IMG/VR virus record: IMGVR_UViG_3300032024_000070
Span: 1 to 38,947 of that record
Length of the DNA: 38,947 bases
Strand: one strand, 5' to 3'
Source of the DNA: a virus
Taxonomy: Duplodnaviria > Caudoviricetes
Shown here: positions 26,422 to 37,200 of the stretch, piece after piece
Layout of the letters: each line of letters opens with the position of its first letter
Position numbering within the stretch: position 1 is the first letter of the stretch
Program-made: the position numbers and the translations under genes
The notes under the pieces: generated by a model
Told to the model about the DNA's origin: nothing
Databases searched by the model: none
Seen by the model: only the letters and a program-made list of their open reading frames with translations

Positions 26422-26961
26422 ATGAAACAGATACGTTCGGATAGAATTCAGACAGCGGTAGGCCCCCCTCTTCTTGGAGGCCCCGTACTTCGTGGGCAGT
26501 TCTTTATTGACGTTGAGCGCAACGATCCATCCTGGGGCGATCAGCGTGGCCGCGTAGACAAGATCGTGTCCCAGAACGCCGTTGTGTTGACCGGACTCTC
26601 GATGATGGCGCGGTGGATTTCATCTTATGGCGTCGGCGCAAATTCGCAGATGGCGTACATGGCTGTAGGGACGGCGACCACTGCGGGATCAGTCAACCAG
26701 ACTAACCTCGCAGGAGAAGTCAAACGGCTTACGTTCTCGTCTGTCTCTGTCACCGCGAATAATTCATGGAGCGCCGTCACCACCTTCGGCGGGGGCTCAG
26801 ACAGTTTAACGAACGTGGTGGTTGGCGAAGCTGGCATCTGGAACGCCGCAGGCAGTGGCGCGGGTGTCATGTTGAATCGTGCGCCATTGTCTGCAACGTT
26901 TACTCTACAGAATTCGGATATCGCAACCGTGCAAGTTATCATCTCAGTTGGCAGCTTGTAA
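26422..26961 (+). CDS. Virion structural protein (tail-collar/fibre-anchor-like)
   Basis: NAVV..G...YMAVGT....T.LAGE..R...EAGIWNA...G.MLNR pattern, typical of a widespread virion protein family. Confidence 0.7.
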   Translation: MKQIRSDRIQTAVGPPLLGGPVLRGQFFIDVERNDPSWGDQRGRVDKIVSQNAVVLTGLSMMARWISSYGVGANSQMAYMAVGTATTAGSVNQTNLAGEVKRLTFSSVSVTANNSWSAVTTFGGGSDSLTNVVVGEAGIWNAAGSGAGVMLNRAPLSATFTLQNSDIATVQVIISVGSL

Positions 26962-26977
26962 GGTAATGAGGAGATAG

Positions 26978-27301
26978 GTGGCCAAGCCCATACGAAGAAT
27001 AGAGCTCTATTCGACGACGCAGTTCACCTGGGTCTCGTCGAACATCCCTGCGACCCTAAGTTGCGCGATCAAGACAGCGAGTGAGACCCTCATTACCAGT
27101 GTCGCAGCAGTGCAGAGCACGGGGGGGAGCTGGTATGCTTTCATCACGCTGGTGACGACTTTCCAGTACTATCCAGTGTCGCTTGTGGCGGAGTGGACTG
27201 CCACGCAATCGACGATGGCAGGGTCAGCGTCACAGTTCATCAACCGGCTCGTCTTTGACCTCGACTACACGCAAGCCTTCCCGCAGGGGAGGAAACAATA
27301 A
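26978..27301 (+). CDS. Hypothetical structural (Ig-like beta) protein
   Basis: 107 aa, S/T-rich, GAGGAG RBS. Confidence 0.6.
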   Translation: MAKPIRRIELYSTTQFTWVSSNIPATLSCAIKTASETLITSVAAVQSTGGSWYAFITLVTTFQYYPVSLVAEWTATQSTMAGSASQFINRLVFDLDYTQAFPQGRKQ

Positions 27302-27804
27302 TGGGACGCTATGTTAACACCGGACAGATCATGGAAATCCTGCCTGTCTTTATCAGCACGGCAGGGATGACACCGGGACAAGTAGAGTTCTTCATCGAAA
27401 CCCGTGAGGATGAAATTGACGCTCGGCTCGGACGAGACTGGAACACAGCAGTATGGTCAGGCAATGCGCCACCGATGGTCAAAACGCTGGCGAAGATCGG
27501 AGCGACCGTCGATATTCGCAAGTCGAAGATCAGCATGGAAGACCCCAGCATGTCGGCGTGGATTGTCGAGGATGAGAAGAAGTTCAACGAGCTCATTACC
27601 TCGCTTCTCACCGGCAAGGCCGACATCATTACCGGTTCAGGGACGGTGTTACAGCGCACAGTGTCGAAGAGTGCGGGGTTCTGGAGCAGCACCAGTCAGT
27701 ACAAGCCCACACGGGATGTCCGGGATGTGACGGAACAGCAGGTGTCGCAGACCAGGCAGCAGGACGCGGAAGATGCGGATATTGCCGACAGCGGGAGTGT
27801 GTAG
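27301..27804 (+). CDS. Head-tail adaptor (Mu gp36-like)
   Basis: MGRYVN...EDEIDARLG...PPMVKTL pattern and gene position. Confidence 0.7.
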   Translation: MGRYVNTGQIMEILPVFISTAGMTPGQVEFFIETREDEIDARLGRDWNTAVWSGNAPPMVKTLAKIGATVDIRKSKISMEDPSMSAWIVEDEKKFNELITSLLTGKADIITGSGTVLQRTVSKSAGFWSSTSQYKPTRDVRDVTEQQVSQTRQQDAEDADIADSGSV

Positions 27805-28251
27805 GTGGGCCGCATCGACTATACCGCGATCCTGAACGGCACGAAGGACGTCATCTCGAACGATCAGAACGTGCGGGCCTTGCGAGCGACCGTCGAGATC
27901 GGACGGGCCGTGCTCACGATGGGTGTCAGTCCACACGTCAATATCTTCGAGGGACGGCGGGATAGCGCGACCCAAGTCATTGCGGCGGGTACGAGGCAAC
28001 GTTACACGTTTCGCTGGCAAGTCGTCGTGAGCGCCTTCTCCGCCGCAGGCTTCGAGGATGCTATGGCGCAGCGCGATGAGCTGCTAGGCTATGTCGAGAC
28101 GGCACTTATGGCAGATCGAAGCCTGAACGGGGCGCTCACGCTCAGACAACTACAAATACTAGGAGGCGACATGCAAAGTCAACCCGGCGATAATGGATTC
28201 TGGAGCCAGGCCGCGATTGACTTGGCGGCGGAAGTGAGCGCGACGATATGA
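27805..28251 (+). CDS. Tail completion/terminator-like protein
   Basis: 148 aa with VETALMADRSLNG, in the neck module. Confidence 0.65.
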   Translation: MGRIDYTAILNGTKDVISNDQNVRALRATVEIGRAVLTMGVSPHVNIFEGRRDSATQVIAAGTRQRYTFRWQVVVSAFSAAGFEDAMAQRDELLGYVETALMADRSLNGALTLRQLQILGGDMQSQPGDNGFWSQAAIDLAAEVSATI

Positions 28252-28493
28252 GCGAACAGGCGTTTCGTGAAGCCCTGCGTCTACGGACGCCGGATGAAAG
28301 TCACCGGATCAGATGCCCGGAATGCGGGGCGGTGTTGTGTGAATATCTCTCCGGCATCAACATCTACAAGTGCCGAGCGTGTAAGTGGCAAGGCGTCGTT
28401 TCGCGGGTTGGCGTGTCGCTTGTGGCGAGCTTCGTCACGTTGCGACAAGGCCAGAGCGACAGGATTGAGGCGCGACGTGGGGAGCATTCCTAG
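28248..28493 (+). CDS. Mu Com-like zinc-finger protein
   Basis: IRCPECGAVL....INIYKCRACK. Confidence 0.6.
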   Translation: MSEQAFREALRLRTPDESHRIRCPECGAVLCEYLSGINIYKCRACKWQGVVSRVGVSLVASFVTLRQGQSDRIEARRGEHS

Positions 28494-29179
28494 TGTCGAT
28501 CCAGATTCGCGTCCAAGGGCTTCAGGAAGCTGATAAATATATCAAGCAGGTGATGGCGTCCGTCAAAGACCGAACGAAGATGATGCGAAAGATCGGGACG
28601 GTTGTCGATAAGTGGATCGACACGAACTTCGCGGCTGAAGGAGCTGAGCATCGTTGGCCTCGGCTTGCGGCGTCTACGGTGTTTGCGAGAACAAAAGGCC
28701 GTGGGGTTGGGGGGGCAGGAATCCTGAAGGATCGTGGAATTCTGCGAGCCTCACATTCATTCAATGCAACAGCCGATAAGGTTGTCGTCGGGTTCCCGCA
28801 AGGCAGCACGGCTGAATACCACCATTTCGGCACGAATCCGTACACGATACGGCCACACAATGCGAGCGGCGTGCTCGCGTTTCCGTTCCCGATGTGGATG
28901 AATCCAGGACAACGAGTCGGGGGTGCGAATGTTATCGTCAGGCGTCGGGCCGGGTCTCCGAACCGGGGCGTCGTCACACAGAAACGAGCGCGACAATTGG
29001 GGTATACGATTCCCAAAGGAAAGGGCAAAGTCCAAGCGATGATGGTAACGCGGAAGGTCAATCATCCGGGGCTCGTCGCACGGAAACTCTTGCCGTCGAT
29101 TCCGCTCGCGGAACAGATCGTCCACGACACGGCGCGGGACTACGTGCAATCCGTTATTGACAAAACCGGGAGGGTGTAA
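28493..29179 (+). CDS. Virion morphogenesis protein (Mu gpG-like)
   Basis: NFAAEG...WPRLAASTV...ILKDRGILRAS...YHHFGT...VNHPG..ARKLL. Confidence 0.82.
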   Translation: MSIQIRVQGLQEADKYIKQVMASVKDRTKMMRKIGTVVDKWIDTNFAAEGAEHRWPRLAASTVFARTKGRGVGGAGILKDRGILRASHSFNATADKVVVGFPQGSTAEYHHFGTNPYTIRPHNASGVLAFPFPMWMNPGQRVGGANVIVRRRAGSPNRGVVTQKRARQLGYTIPKGKGKVQAMMVTRKVNHPGLVARKLLPSIPLAEQIVHDTARDYVQSVIDKTGRV

Positions 29180-29197
29180 TACAAGGAGGGGACGGCT

Positions 29198-29431
29198 ATG
29201 AGGTTAGAGTGGACAGACAAAGAAGTAGTCTTTATTGCCGATGTCGGCACGGTCGGGCCGGGAACCGAGTTTGACATCGAAGATGCACGCGGACAGGATT
29301 TAGTCACTCGTGGAGCCGCTAGGCTGGTAAAGCCTGTCCAACCAACGAAGCCAGTCAACAAGGAGATGATCGAGAAACGAGATATTCATGTGGTCGTGAC
29401 AGATAGTGTTGGCGTAGGCGACCAGAAATAG
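29198..29431 (+). CDS. Small hypothetical protein preceding the tail tube
   Basis: AAGGAGG RBS; PGTEFDIEDARGQDLVTRGAA. Confidence 0.7.
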   Translation: MRLEWTDKEVVFIADVGTVGPGTEFDIEDARGQDLVTRGAARLVKPVQPTKPVNKEMIEKRDIHVVVTDSVGVGDQK

Positions 29432-29456
29432 CGCGAAGTCGCTGGAGTCTCAGAAC

Positions 29457-30437
29457 ATGGCTGAAGGTGTATTGGGACACTTGGCGCTCTCGCGCCAAAA
29501 CAGTTTTGGCACTGCTACCGCTTCATGGAGTTTTCTGCCTTTCGTGTCGGAAGGACTCACGACCACCATCGACCAGATTCGGCGTGGTGGGATCGTCGGA
29601 CGAACGGCTGAAGGTATCGCCCAGGCTGGCAAAGAGATGGCTGGCGGGGACATCACCTTTGAGCCGCACCCCATTCTCATCGGGCACCTACTGCGCGGTG
29701 TCTGCGGACAGGGTAGCGTCGGTGCTACAGCTACAACCTCCACGACAGGCTTCCAGGACTGGACGCACGAATTCATCCCCCGCAATGCGAAGTTCGACGC
29801 GAAGACCATGCTCCCGCCGTACACCCTACAGATTCATCGCGATGTGACCTCGGCCTTCCAGTACGGCGATTCAATCTTCACAAAGGTCCAACTCGACATC
29901 AAGGGCAATGCGCTCGTCCAGGCCCAAGCGACCGTCCTGAGCCGCGTGACCTCGATCATGGCCGCCTCGACCGCGACATTCACAGAGCCGCAGCAGTGGG
30001 CATGGAACGTGGCCTCAGTCAGCATCGGTGGCTCAGCCGTTGATTTCATCGAGTCGCTCGTGATCTCGATTGAGCAGCCTGCCGAAGGTATCCACATGCT
30101 CGACGGGACGGTTGTCGCCAACCGCTTCGCTCGCAGTGGCCCGACGCAGATTCGTGTCAGTGGCACGCTTGACTTCCAGGACTTGACCGAATACATAGCA
30201 TTCAAGAACCAGACGCAGCGTCGGTTGCTCTGTAACCTCGCTCCTGCTGTGGCCTCCGGGCCGTACATGCTGATTGACGTACCGAAGATGGTCTATACGG
30301 CCTTCCCTGCGAACATCGGCGGACCGAACCGCATCAGCGTGAGCTTTAACGGCACCGGCGAGTTTGACACGGCGAGCAGCTACGCAATAAGAATCACCTT
30401 GACCAATACCCAAGCAACAGGCTACAACGCGATCTAG
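29457..30437 (+). CDS. Tail tube (major tail) protein
   Basis: 326 aa: Q.SFGT, AGGDITFE, HEF.P, PPYTLQ and VSGTLDF. No sheath gene is seen, consistent with a siphovirus. Confidence 0.82.
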   Translation: MAEGVLGHLALSRQNSFGTATASWSFLPFVSEGLTTTIDQIRRGGIVGRTAEGIAQAGKEMAGGDITFEPHPILIGHLLRGVCGQGSVGATATTSTTGFQDWTHEFIPRNAKFDAKTMLPPYTLQIHRDVTSAFQYGDSIFTKVQLDIKGNALVQAQATVLSRVTSIMAASTATFTEPQQWAWNVASVSIGGSAVDFIESLVISIEQPAEGIHMLDGTVVANRFARSGPTQIRVSGTLDFQDLTEYIAFKNQTQRRLLCNLAPAVASGPYMLIDVPKMVYTAFPANIGGPNRISVSFNGTGEFDTASSYAIRITLTNTQATGYNAI

Positions 30438-30525
30438 CTTCACCCACCTACTTTGTGCCCATGAGTGGCCTGAACCGATGGATGTCCTCAGTGACTGGGG
30501 CTCCTACGGCAAGGAGAATTAACTC

Positions 30526-30954
30526 ATGGGTCTCATCACCTTAGTCCAGCCCGACGAACAGTTTTGGCTTTTAGTCGCCGTTGATGACGCCGACCCCACC
30601 GAAGTCAAACATAAGATTTGCGACGACCGCGAACCAACTGCCGACGAGCTTGACGGCATCTGGACTGCCGTAAAGTGCCGCCGAATGCCTGCCGACTGGT
30701 TCGAGGACGTAAAGACCCGGCATACCAGTTGGAAGAACGACCGCAGTGGGCGATACGAGCAGACCAACTGGCAAGCCTATCGCAAAGAGATTATCCGGCA
30801 TCTCGTCGTTGAATGGCGCGGGATTAAAGGCGAGCCCTCTTGTAGCGATGAGAACAAACTGAAACTCCCACAGGCGGTGCAGCTATTGGTGATTGGTCAG
30901 TCGTCCGGGTTGGTCACGACGCCGGATAGGGGAGAATTGCAAAAAAACTCCTAA
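30526..30954 (+). CDS. Tail assembly chaperone (gpG-like)
   Basis: Between tube and tape measure; VVEWRGI...CSDENK motif; ends at a slippery site. Confidence 0.82.
   Translation: MGLITLVQPDEQFWLLVAVDDADPTEVKHKICDDREPTADELDGIWTAVKCRRMPADWFEDVKTRHTSWKNDRSGRYEQTNWQAYRKEIIRHLVVEWRGIKGEPSCSDENKLKLPQAVQLLVIGQSSGLVTTPDRGELQKNS
30942..30948 (+). other. Programmed -1 frameshift heptamer A AAA AAC
   Basis: X XXY YYZ in the gpG frame just before its stop. The -1 frame is open into 30954..31217. Confidence 0.82.
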
Positions 30955-31217
30955 TGGCCATCAACGGAGCGACGCTCCCTGATGGCCGTGACCCGGCAGA
31001 CGATCCGTTAATTAGAGAAACCTTGCGACTCTGGAGTTATATGGGACGACCGCTAGTCAAAGACTTCGGATTTGGCATGATCGCCTTAGAAATGGCCGGT
31101 GGTATGCGCGGCACCCGTGAGGAACTCGTCACGATGTGGGATTTGTTGTGCTATCTGTACGAGCACTTTCTGCGTGAGTCAGAGCGGGATTCTAAAATGA
31201 AAAGCAGAGGATATTAG
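30954..31217 (+). CDS. Tail assembly chaperone gpT part (expressed as a gpGT fusion)
   Basis: In the -1 frame relative to gpG and abuts the tape measure gene. Confidence 0.75.
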   Translation: MAINGATLPDGRDPADDPLIRETLRLWSYMGRPLVKDFGFGMIALEMAGGMRGTREELVTMWDLLCYLYEHFLRESERDSKMKSRGY

Positions 31218-34200
31218 TTGGCACAACAGCAAGTCACGCTGACAATCACTGCGAAAGACGACGGGACGGTCCTCGCCGTCACGCAGGGGATGGATAAACT
31301 AGTCAAAGCGGCAGAGCGGGCTGGGAGCGTAGCCTCGAAGCCCATAGCGCCGAAGGTCGATCCGTCTGGTGTCATTAACCTGAAGGATCATTTCAGCAGC
31401 CTCACGTTTGGTATGCAGAAATTCGCCCGCGTCGCCGTCAGCCTACAAGTCATTATGGCGACCGTGACCACGTTCCTCGGTATCCGTGCCATCGTTGACG
31501 CCTCCGATGCATGGAATCAGATGTCAGGCCGGTTGCGGCTCGTCACATCGAGTACTGAGGAACTGGCCGCCGTTCAGTCAAAGCTCTTTACGCTCGCACA
31601 AGAACTACGCCTTCCAATGGAAGATGTCGCGAAACTCTACACTCGTCTTGCGGTCAATGCGGAAGCCTTGGGACTCTCGCAAGCACAGGTGCTAAGTGTG
31701 ACCCGCAGCGTCTCGCAAGCCATGCAGGTGTCAGGGTCAACAGCGGCAGAAGCCGCAGCCGGCGTTTTGCAATTTACCCAGGCAATAGCCTCAAGCAACT
31801 TTGCCGGTGACGAACTGCGTACCCTCCTGGAATCACAGCCGCGACTACTCAAGGCGATGGCGGATGGGTTGAAGATTCTTAGCCCTGAGTTTCGCAAGTT
31901 GACTGAAGGCGGTCAAGCGAGCACGGCAGCACTACGAAAGATGGGACAAGAAGGCAAGCTCTCCGCTGACCTGCTCCTCGCAGCGATTTCCACGCAGAGA
32001 GATGTGCTCGAACGCGAATTCATGCAACTGCCCCGCACTGTCGGTCAAGCATGGACGCAGGCCATGAATGTCATCAATCGCGCATTGGCTGGAGTCTCTG
32101 TTGCGCCGCTTACAAACGCGATAGATACCATCAAAGAGAAATTCCAGGACTCAGACTCTGCTCAGCGGTTTACTCGCATACTCAGCGGAGGATTAGAGCT
32201 TGTCGGGGGCAGCCTGCAACTGGTGATCGGGATCGTTGATCGCCTTGCACTAGCCTTCGATGGTCTCATTCTCAAGCAACTGGCGTTCTGGTCTGCGGGT
32301 ATCATCACGTCAAGTAATACAGGGGCGCTGCTGTCTGCTCTTGCCCAAAGTTTCGACAATATGCTCAAGACCTTTCTCGGTCTGCCTGCGTGGATTCAGG
32401 CTGTGGGCTTAATCGGTGCCTATATGTTCGGACGGGCCGGAGTGGTCGGTTTAATGGCAGGAGTGACCCTATATGAACGCCTGGCGAAAAATGTCCAAGC
32501 ATTGAAAGAGGGTATGTCTTTCAAGGATTTTGCGTTCTCAGGGCCAGCAGATATTGATGCGTACCTGAAGAAAATGGAAGAGGCGCGAGCCGATAGTCCT
32601 TCTGAGCAAAACGCGCTCAAGAGTCAAGCTATGCTCGAAAATATGCGGGTCGCAGATATTCAGTTGAAGCAGCACGCGAACACGCTCGAACAGATCAAGA
32701 AAGAAGTCGATGCGACATTGAAGCTCGCGGAGGCGAAGGCGACGCTCGCCCGCGAACAGGCCGAGCTGTGGCACGCAAAGGGCGTAATCAACCAGGAGAC
32801 TCGGCTGAATCTTGAGATCGGGGCCTACGAGGAACTGGATCGCGTCCAAACGCAACAGCTCAAGGCGCTCAAGGGGATGCCGTTAGAATACGCGCAGCTT
32901 CAGACCGCAAATATCAAGACACAGCAAGGCATCGTTGAGCTCACAGAGAAACTCAACACACTGACCAACTCATTCCACATGTCGTCGCTCGGAATGCAGG
33001 CGCTCAAAGAGAACGTGCAAGCCGGTTTATTCCACGGGCCTGTCGAAGAGACCGAGCGGCTTGCCAAGAATATCAGCCTCTTGAATCCATCCGAAACACC
33101 AAAGCTACTGCAACCCTCACTCTGGAATGCGCTTAAAACGAGCATCATGGGCGTCGGCAGCAACATACTAGCTGTCGATGATGCGACCGCAAAACTGATC
33201 GAGACGTACCAAGACCCATCGATAGACAAGATGCTCGCGACGGAACGGAAGATCGCGGATACGCAGATCGAACGCATCGACCTCCTTGAAAAGCTGAACA
33301 AATTGTCGGGCTTCGATGCCAGCGCACAGAAACTCGCGATCATGCAGAAACAACTCCAGAACCTCGAAGCGACAAAAGCCTCGTATGCAGGAATAGTTGA
33401 TGAGAACTCCGCGCTCGCAATCGAAATCCTCAAAGTCAAGGCTGGGATTCAGCAACTCAATAAAGAATTATCTGCTACTGGACAGATGGAGAGGGTTTTT
33501 AAGGGGTTGATGGATATCTTCTCTCTGTTTGGCGTTAAGGTTGGTAAGTTCATTATCATGTTACAAGGTCTTCCACGCGCCATGGGTGGCATCCGCGAAG
33601 TATTCGCCGGGCTCGGTGGTCTGATGACCCTTGGTGGCACATCGCTTGGCGCCGGGACGGCATGGGCTGATACGGCGAAGGCTGTCTTGAATCTCGGCAA
33701 TGCCAGCGGCGAGACGGCAGGCGCGTTAGGCTTCCTAAGTGGCGCAGTCAATGTCGTCATGCGCACTCTTATGCTTTTCGCCAATGGCCTCACTGGCATC
33801 CTAGGGTTCTTCAGCCAGATCGTCCAGGGCATCGCGGCTGGCGGGGGCATCGTCAACACCATCACCTCAGCATTCAGTGGGCTCGTGTCCAGCGGAGGGA
33901 TGCTCGCAACGGTCTTCGGCGGCATCTCGACTGTTGGTGGCAGCATCATGAATGCGTTTCAGGGCGTGGGCGGGCTTGCTGATGTGTTCCAGAGCGTATT
34001 CAATGCTGTAGGACTGACCTCCGGGGGATTTGGTAGCGGGGCTGCCGTAGCTGGTGGACAGGTTGGCGTCACCGGCGCTGCCGGACAGTTTGCGACATTC
34101 TTAGGCCAATGGGTTCCGGTAGCTGGGGCATTGTACGCGCTGGCGACCACAATCCAAGACTTCTTTGCTGGCCGTCTTGAAAAAGCCATCGGAGCAACGA

Positions 34201-37200
34201 TAGGGACGGCGATTGGCGCGGCGATAGGTTCATGGGTAGGCCCCGGCGGTACATTGATCGGCGCAGTCCTCGGCAACTTCATCGGTGGCTTCATCGGCGG
34301 GCTCTTCGCACCGACTCCAAAGATAAAACTCTCAGCCGGAATCGCGCCGTTTGACCGTAATGCGATGGGCTCGGCGATTGATACGACCGTTCCCGGTACA
34401 CAGGTCGGGGCAGGTATCGTGAACATCAGCGGGAACATCATGAAGAACAAGAAGGAGCGGGCACTGCAAGAGCTGCTCGCCACGATGATCAACGAGATGC
34501 TGATCACTGTCGTCGATGCCACGGTGCTGATGATTAAGACGCTTCCGCCTGCTATCGGAGCACAACTTGACGCGGCGCTCACAGACCTCGAAGCGACTGG
34601 CTTGGAGATCGTGGACAAGAAATGGAAGGGTGGCAAGGCAGGGAAGAAGTTCAACAAGCGCGTCAAGGGGCTCATGGAAGAGACGCTACAAGACCTTGTG
34701 ACGGCGCTCGACTTCGGCGATGTTGACCTCAAGGCGCTCGGCTTCGATCCCAATGACAAGAAGGGCAAGAAGGGCGGGGAAGTCGCGAGAGGCTTTGAGG
34801 CAATGATGATGGCGCTCGGCGGATTGTCAGCCATCGTGAAGGAAGTCGGCCCGGCTGTAGACCTCTCAGGGGTATCGCTTGCCCAATTCACGAAGGGCGC
34901 GATCGATCTATTCAAGGGGTTCGCCAAGGAGGGCGAGGCGTTCACCGACACGATCAAGCGCGTCATGCAGACCTTCGGCGAGATCATTGCGCTCAGGGAT
35001 CAGATTCGCGCCTCCATCGGAGCAATTTCTGGCGATTTGACAGAGGTCGTAGCAATGATCCAGCGCCGAATGGCGGATGCTGAGGCTGGCATGGTGTCGA
35101 TGGTCGATGCGCTGACGGTGGCAATAGAATCGGGGGCAGCGCCGGAAGAGGTGCTGGCTGCTGCCCAAGCTGCGACGCAGGCCGTCACTGACACGCTCAA
35201 GATGCAGATTGATGCCGTCACGGCGCTGCATGATGCTGTGCTCCAGCTCAACAGTGCTATCACGGGCGGCGTAGACTTGATTATTGACCTCACGCAGAAA
35301 ATCAACGAGCTGAGAGGCATAGAGACCAGCGCGTCAGACTTCCAGTTCGGGCTTGATGGGATTGTCTCACTGTTCAATACGCTCACGGACGTGACGAGCC
35401 GCATAGCTCTCTTTCAGGCTGGACTGATCGGGATGACGACCAACCTTAGTCTCTTTATGGCGAACCTCCCGCTGGTCGTGGAGGGATTCAACATCATCAT
35501 GGCGCAGATTCGGGAGATGGCAAATCCCGCTGAGGCTGTTGCGGCGTTGAAGGGCTTAGCAGGTGCGGTTGAATCCGGCCTTCAAGCAGCGGTTGCGGCG
35601 GTCAACCGGCAGACACAAGGGCGGATCGCCGCGCTCATGGCTGAACGGGCCGCAATCGTGGACTCCACTGCTGCGCTCCGCACCCAGCGCACGGCCATGC
35701 AAGAGGCCTTTGACGCTGAGAAGAAGGGACTAGAAGCCCAAAAGGCCCTGATCCGGCTGCCGTTCACGGAGCAGAGAGCGGCGCTGGAGGCGGAGAAAAG
35801 CGCACAAGAGGCACTGATAGCGGCGAACAGGCTCGTGTATGAGGAGCAGAGAGCGGCGCTCGAAACAGCGCTCAGCCTCTCGCGTGAGTGGGCGAACGTC
35901 CTCCAGTCGGTCAAGGCGCAATTGGTGGACCTGTTCAACCTCCTGGCGCCGACGCATCCCCTGACGAGCCTGAATGAGGTTCAGTCGCAATTTGACGCCG
36001 CGTTTGCCGCGTTCCAGGCAGCACCAACGCCAGAAGGCGCAACAGGGGTTCAAGACCTCGCCAGGCAGCTCCTACAGCTCGCGCAGCAGACTCCCGGATT
36101 TGATCTGCCCAGTGCCAACTTCCAGGCTCTCGCGGCCTCAGTCCGGACTGCGCTCACCGCGATCGATACGTTTGCCTCAGCACAGCCGACACAAGAGGAT
36201 ATCCAGGCGCAGATCGTCGCCCTTGAGGAGCTGCAAACGGGAACCCTCGACGATATCAATAGACAAATTCAAGACCTTAATGCCAGTGAAGCTGTGGCGC
36301 TCGCGGGTATTGACGCGCAGATCGATGAATTGCAGGTGAGTTCTGACGCTCTGCTCGCGGATATCGATAGCCAGATTGCCCTTCTGGAAGCGAGCCAAGC
36401 CGCCGCACTCGCAAGTATCGACGCGCGGATTGCTCAGGCGAACGCAGACGGGCAGGCATCGATACAATATCTGCAAGAGTTGGCAGCGCAGGGCCTTGAA
36501 GCGATTCGCAATCAACTCGTGATCGAAGTCACAGCACTCGCCGCACAGCAGGCCCTCGCCGCCGCCGCGTTGCAAACCGTTCTTGGCGACAAGACCTACG
36601 AGCAGTTTATCGCAGAGAAGCAGAGAGAGGCAGCGAACCTCCTGCGCGGCATCGACGAGACATTGCAATACTATCTCGGCCAGATCCTCACGAAGCTTTT
36701 CCCTGGTGCCACAGTGTCACAACCAGTCTCTCCCGCGAGACTCCAGGAGGCAGTGTCTGGCCTGTCCACACTAGCGCAACTAGCCCAAGGTGGGAACTTC
36801 ACCTCCCTCGCGCAATCGTTGGCCTCCGCATCACAGGCAGCCAGTGTAGGCAACGTAGGCGGCGTGACAAGCTCATTAACAGCAGCCACTCAGAATATGG
36901 CAGGGCTCTCATACTTTCAATCAGGGCCGGGCGCGGGATTCCTCTCGCAGCTCCAAGAGATCAACTCCTTGACGCAGCAAAGTCAATTCGTCGCGGCGAT
37001 TAGTAGGGTCACTCAGCTCATCGATGCGATCCATGCAGCAGGAGTCTACACGCAGACGCCGGTGCCTGGGTATGCTGAAGGAACCGCTTTCGTCCCAAGT
37101 ACAGGGATGGCTCTCCTCCATCGTGGCGAGCGGGTGTTGACGTCCGACGAGAATAAGATGTACAGCAGATGGAATGGTGGCGGGGCTACGACGACGAACA

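Noticed and set aside
33959-34987. 342-aa minus-strand ORF and other long antisense ORFs
   Set aside because: They are shadows of GC-rich + strand genes, with no motifs or RBS.
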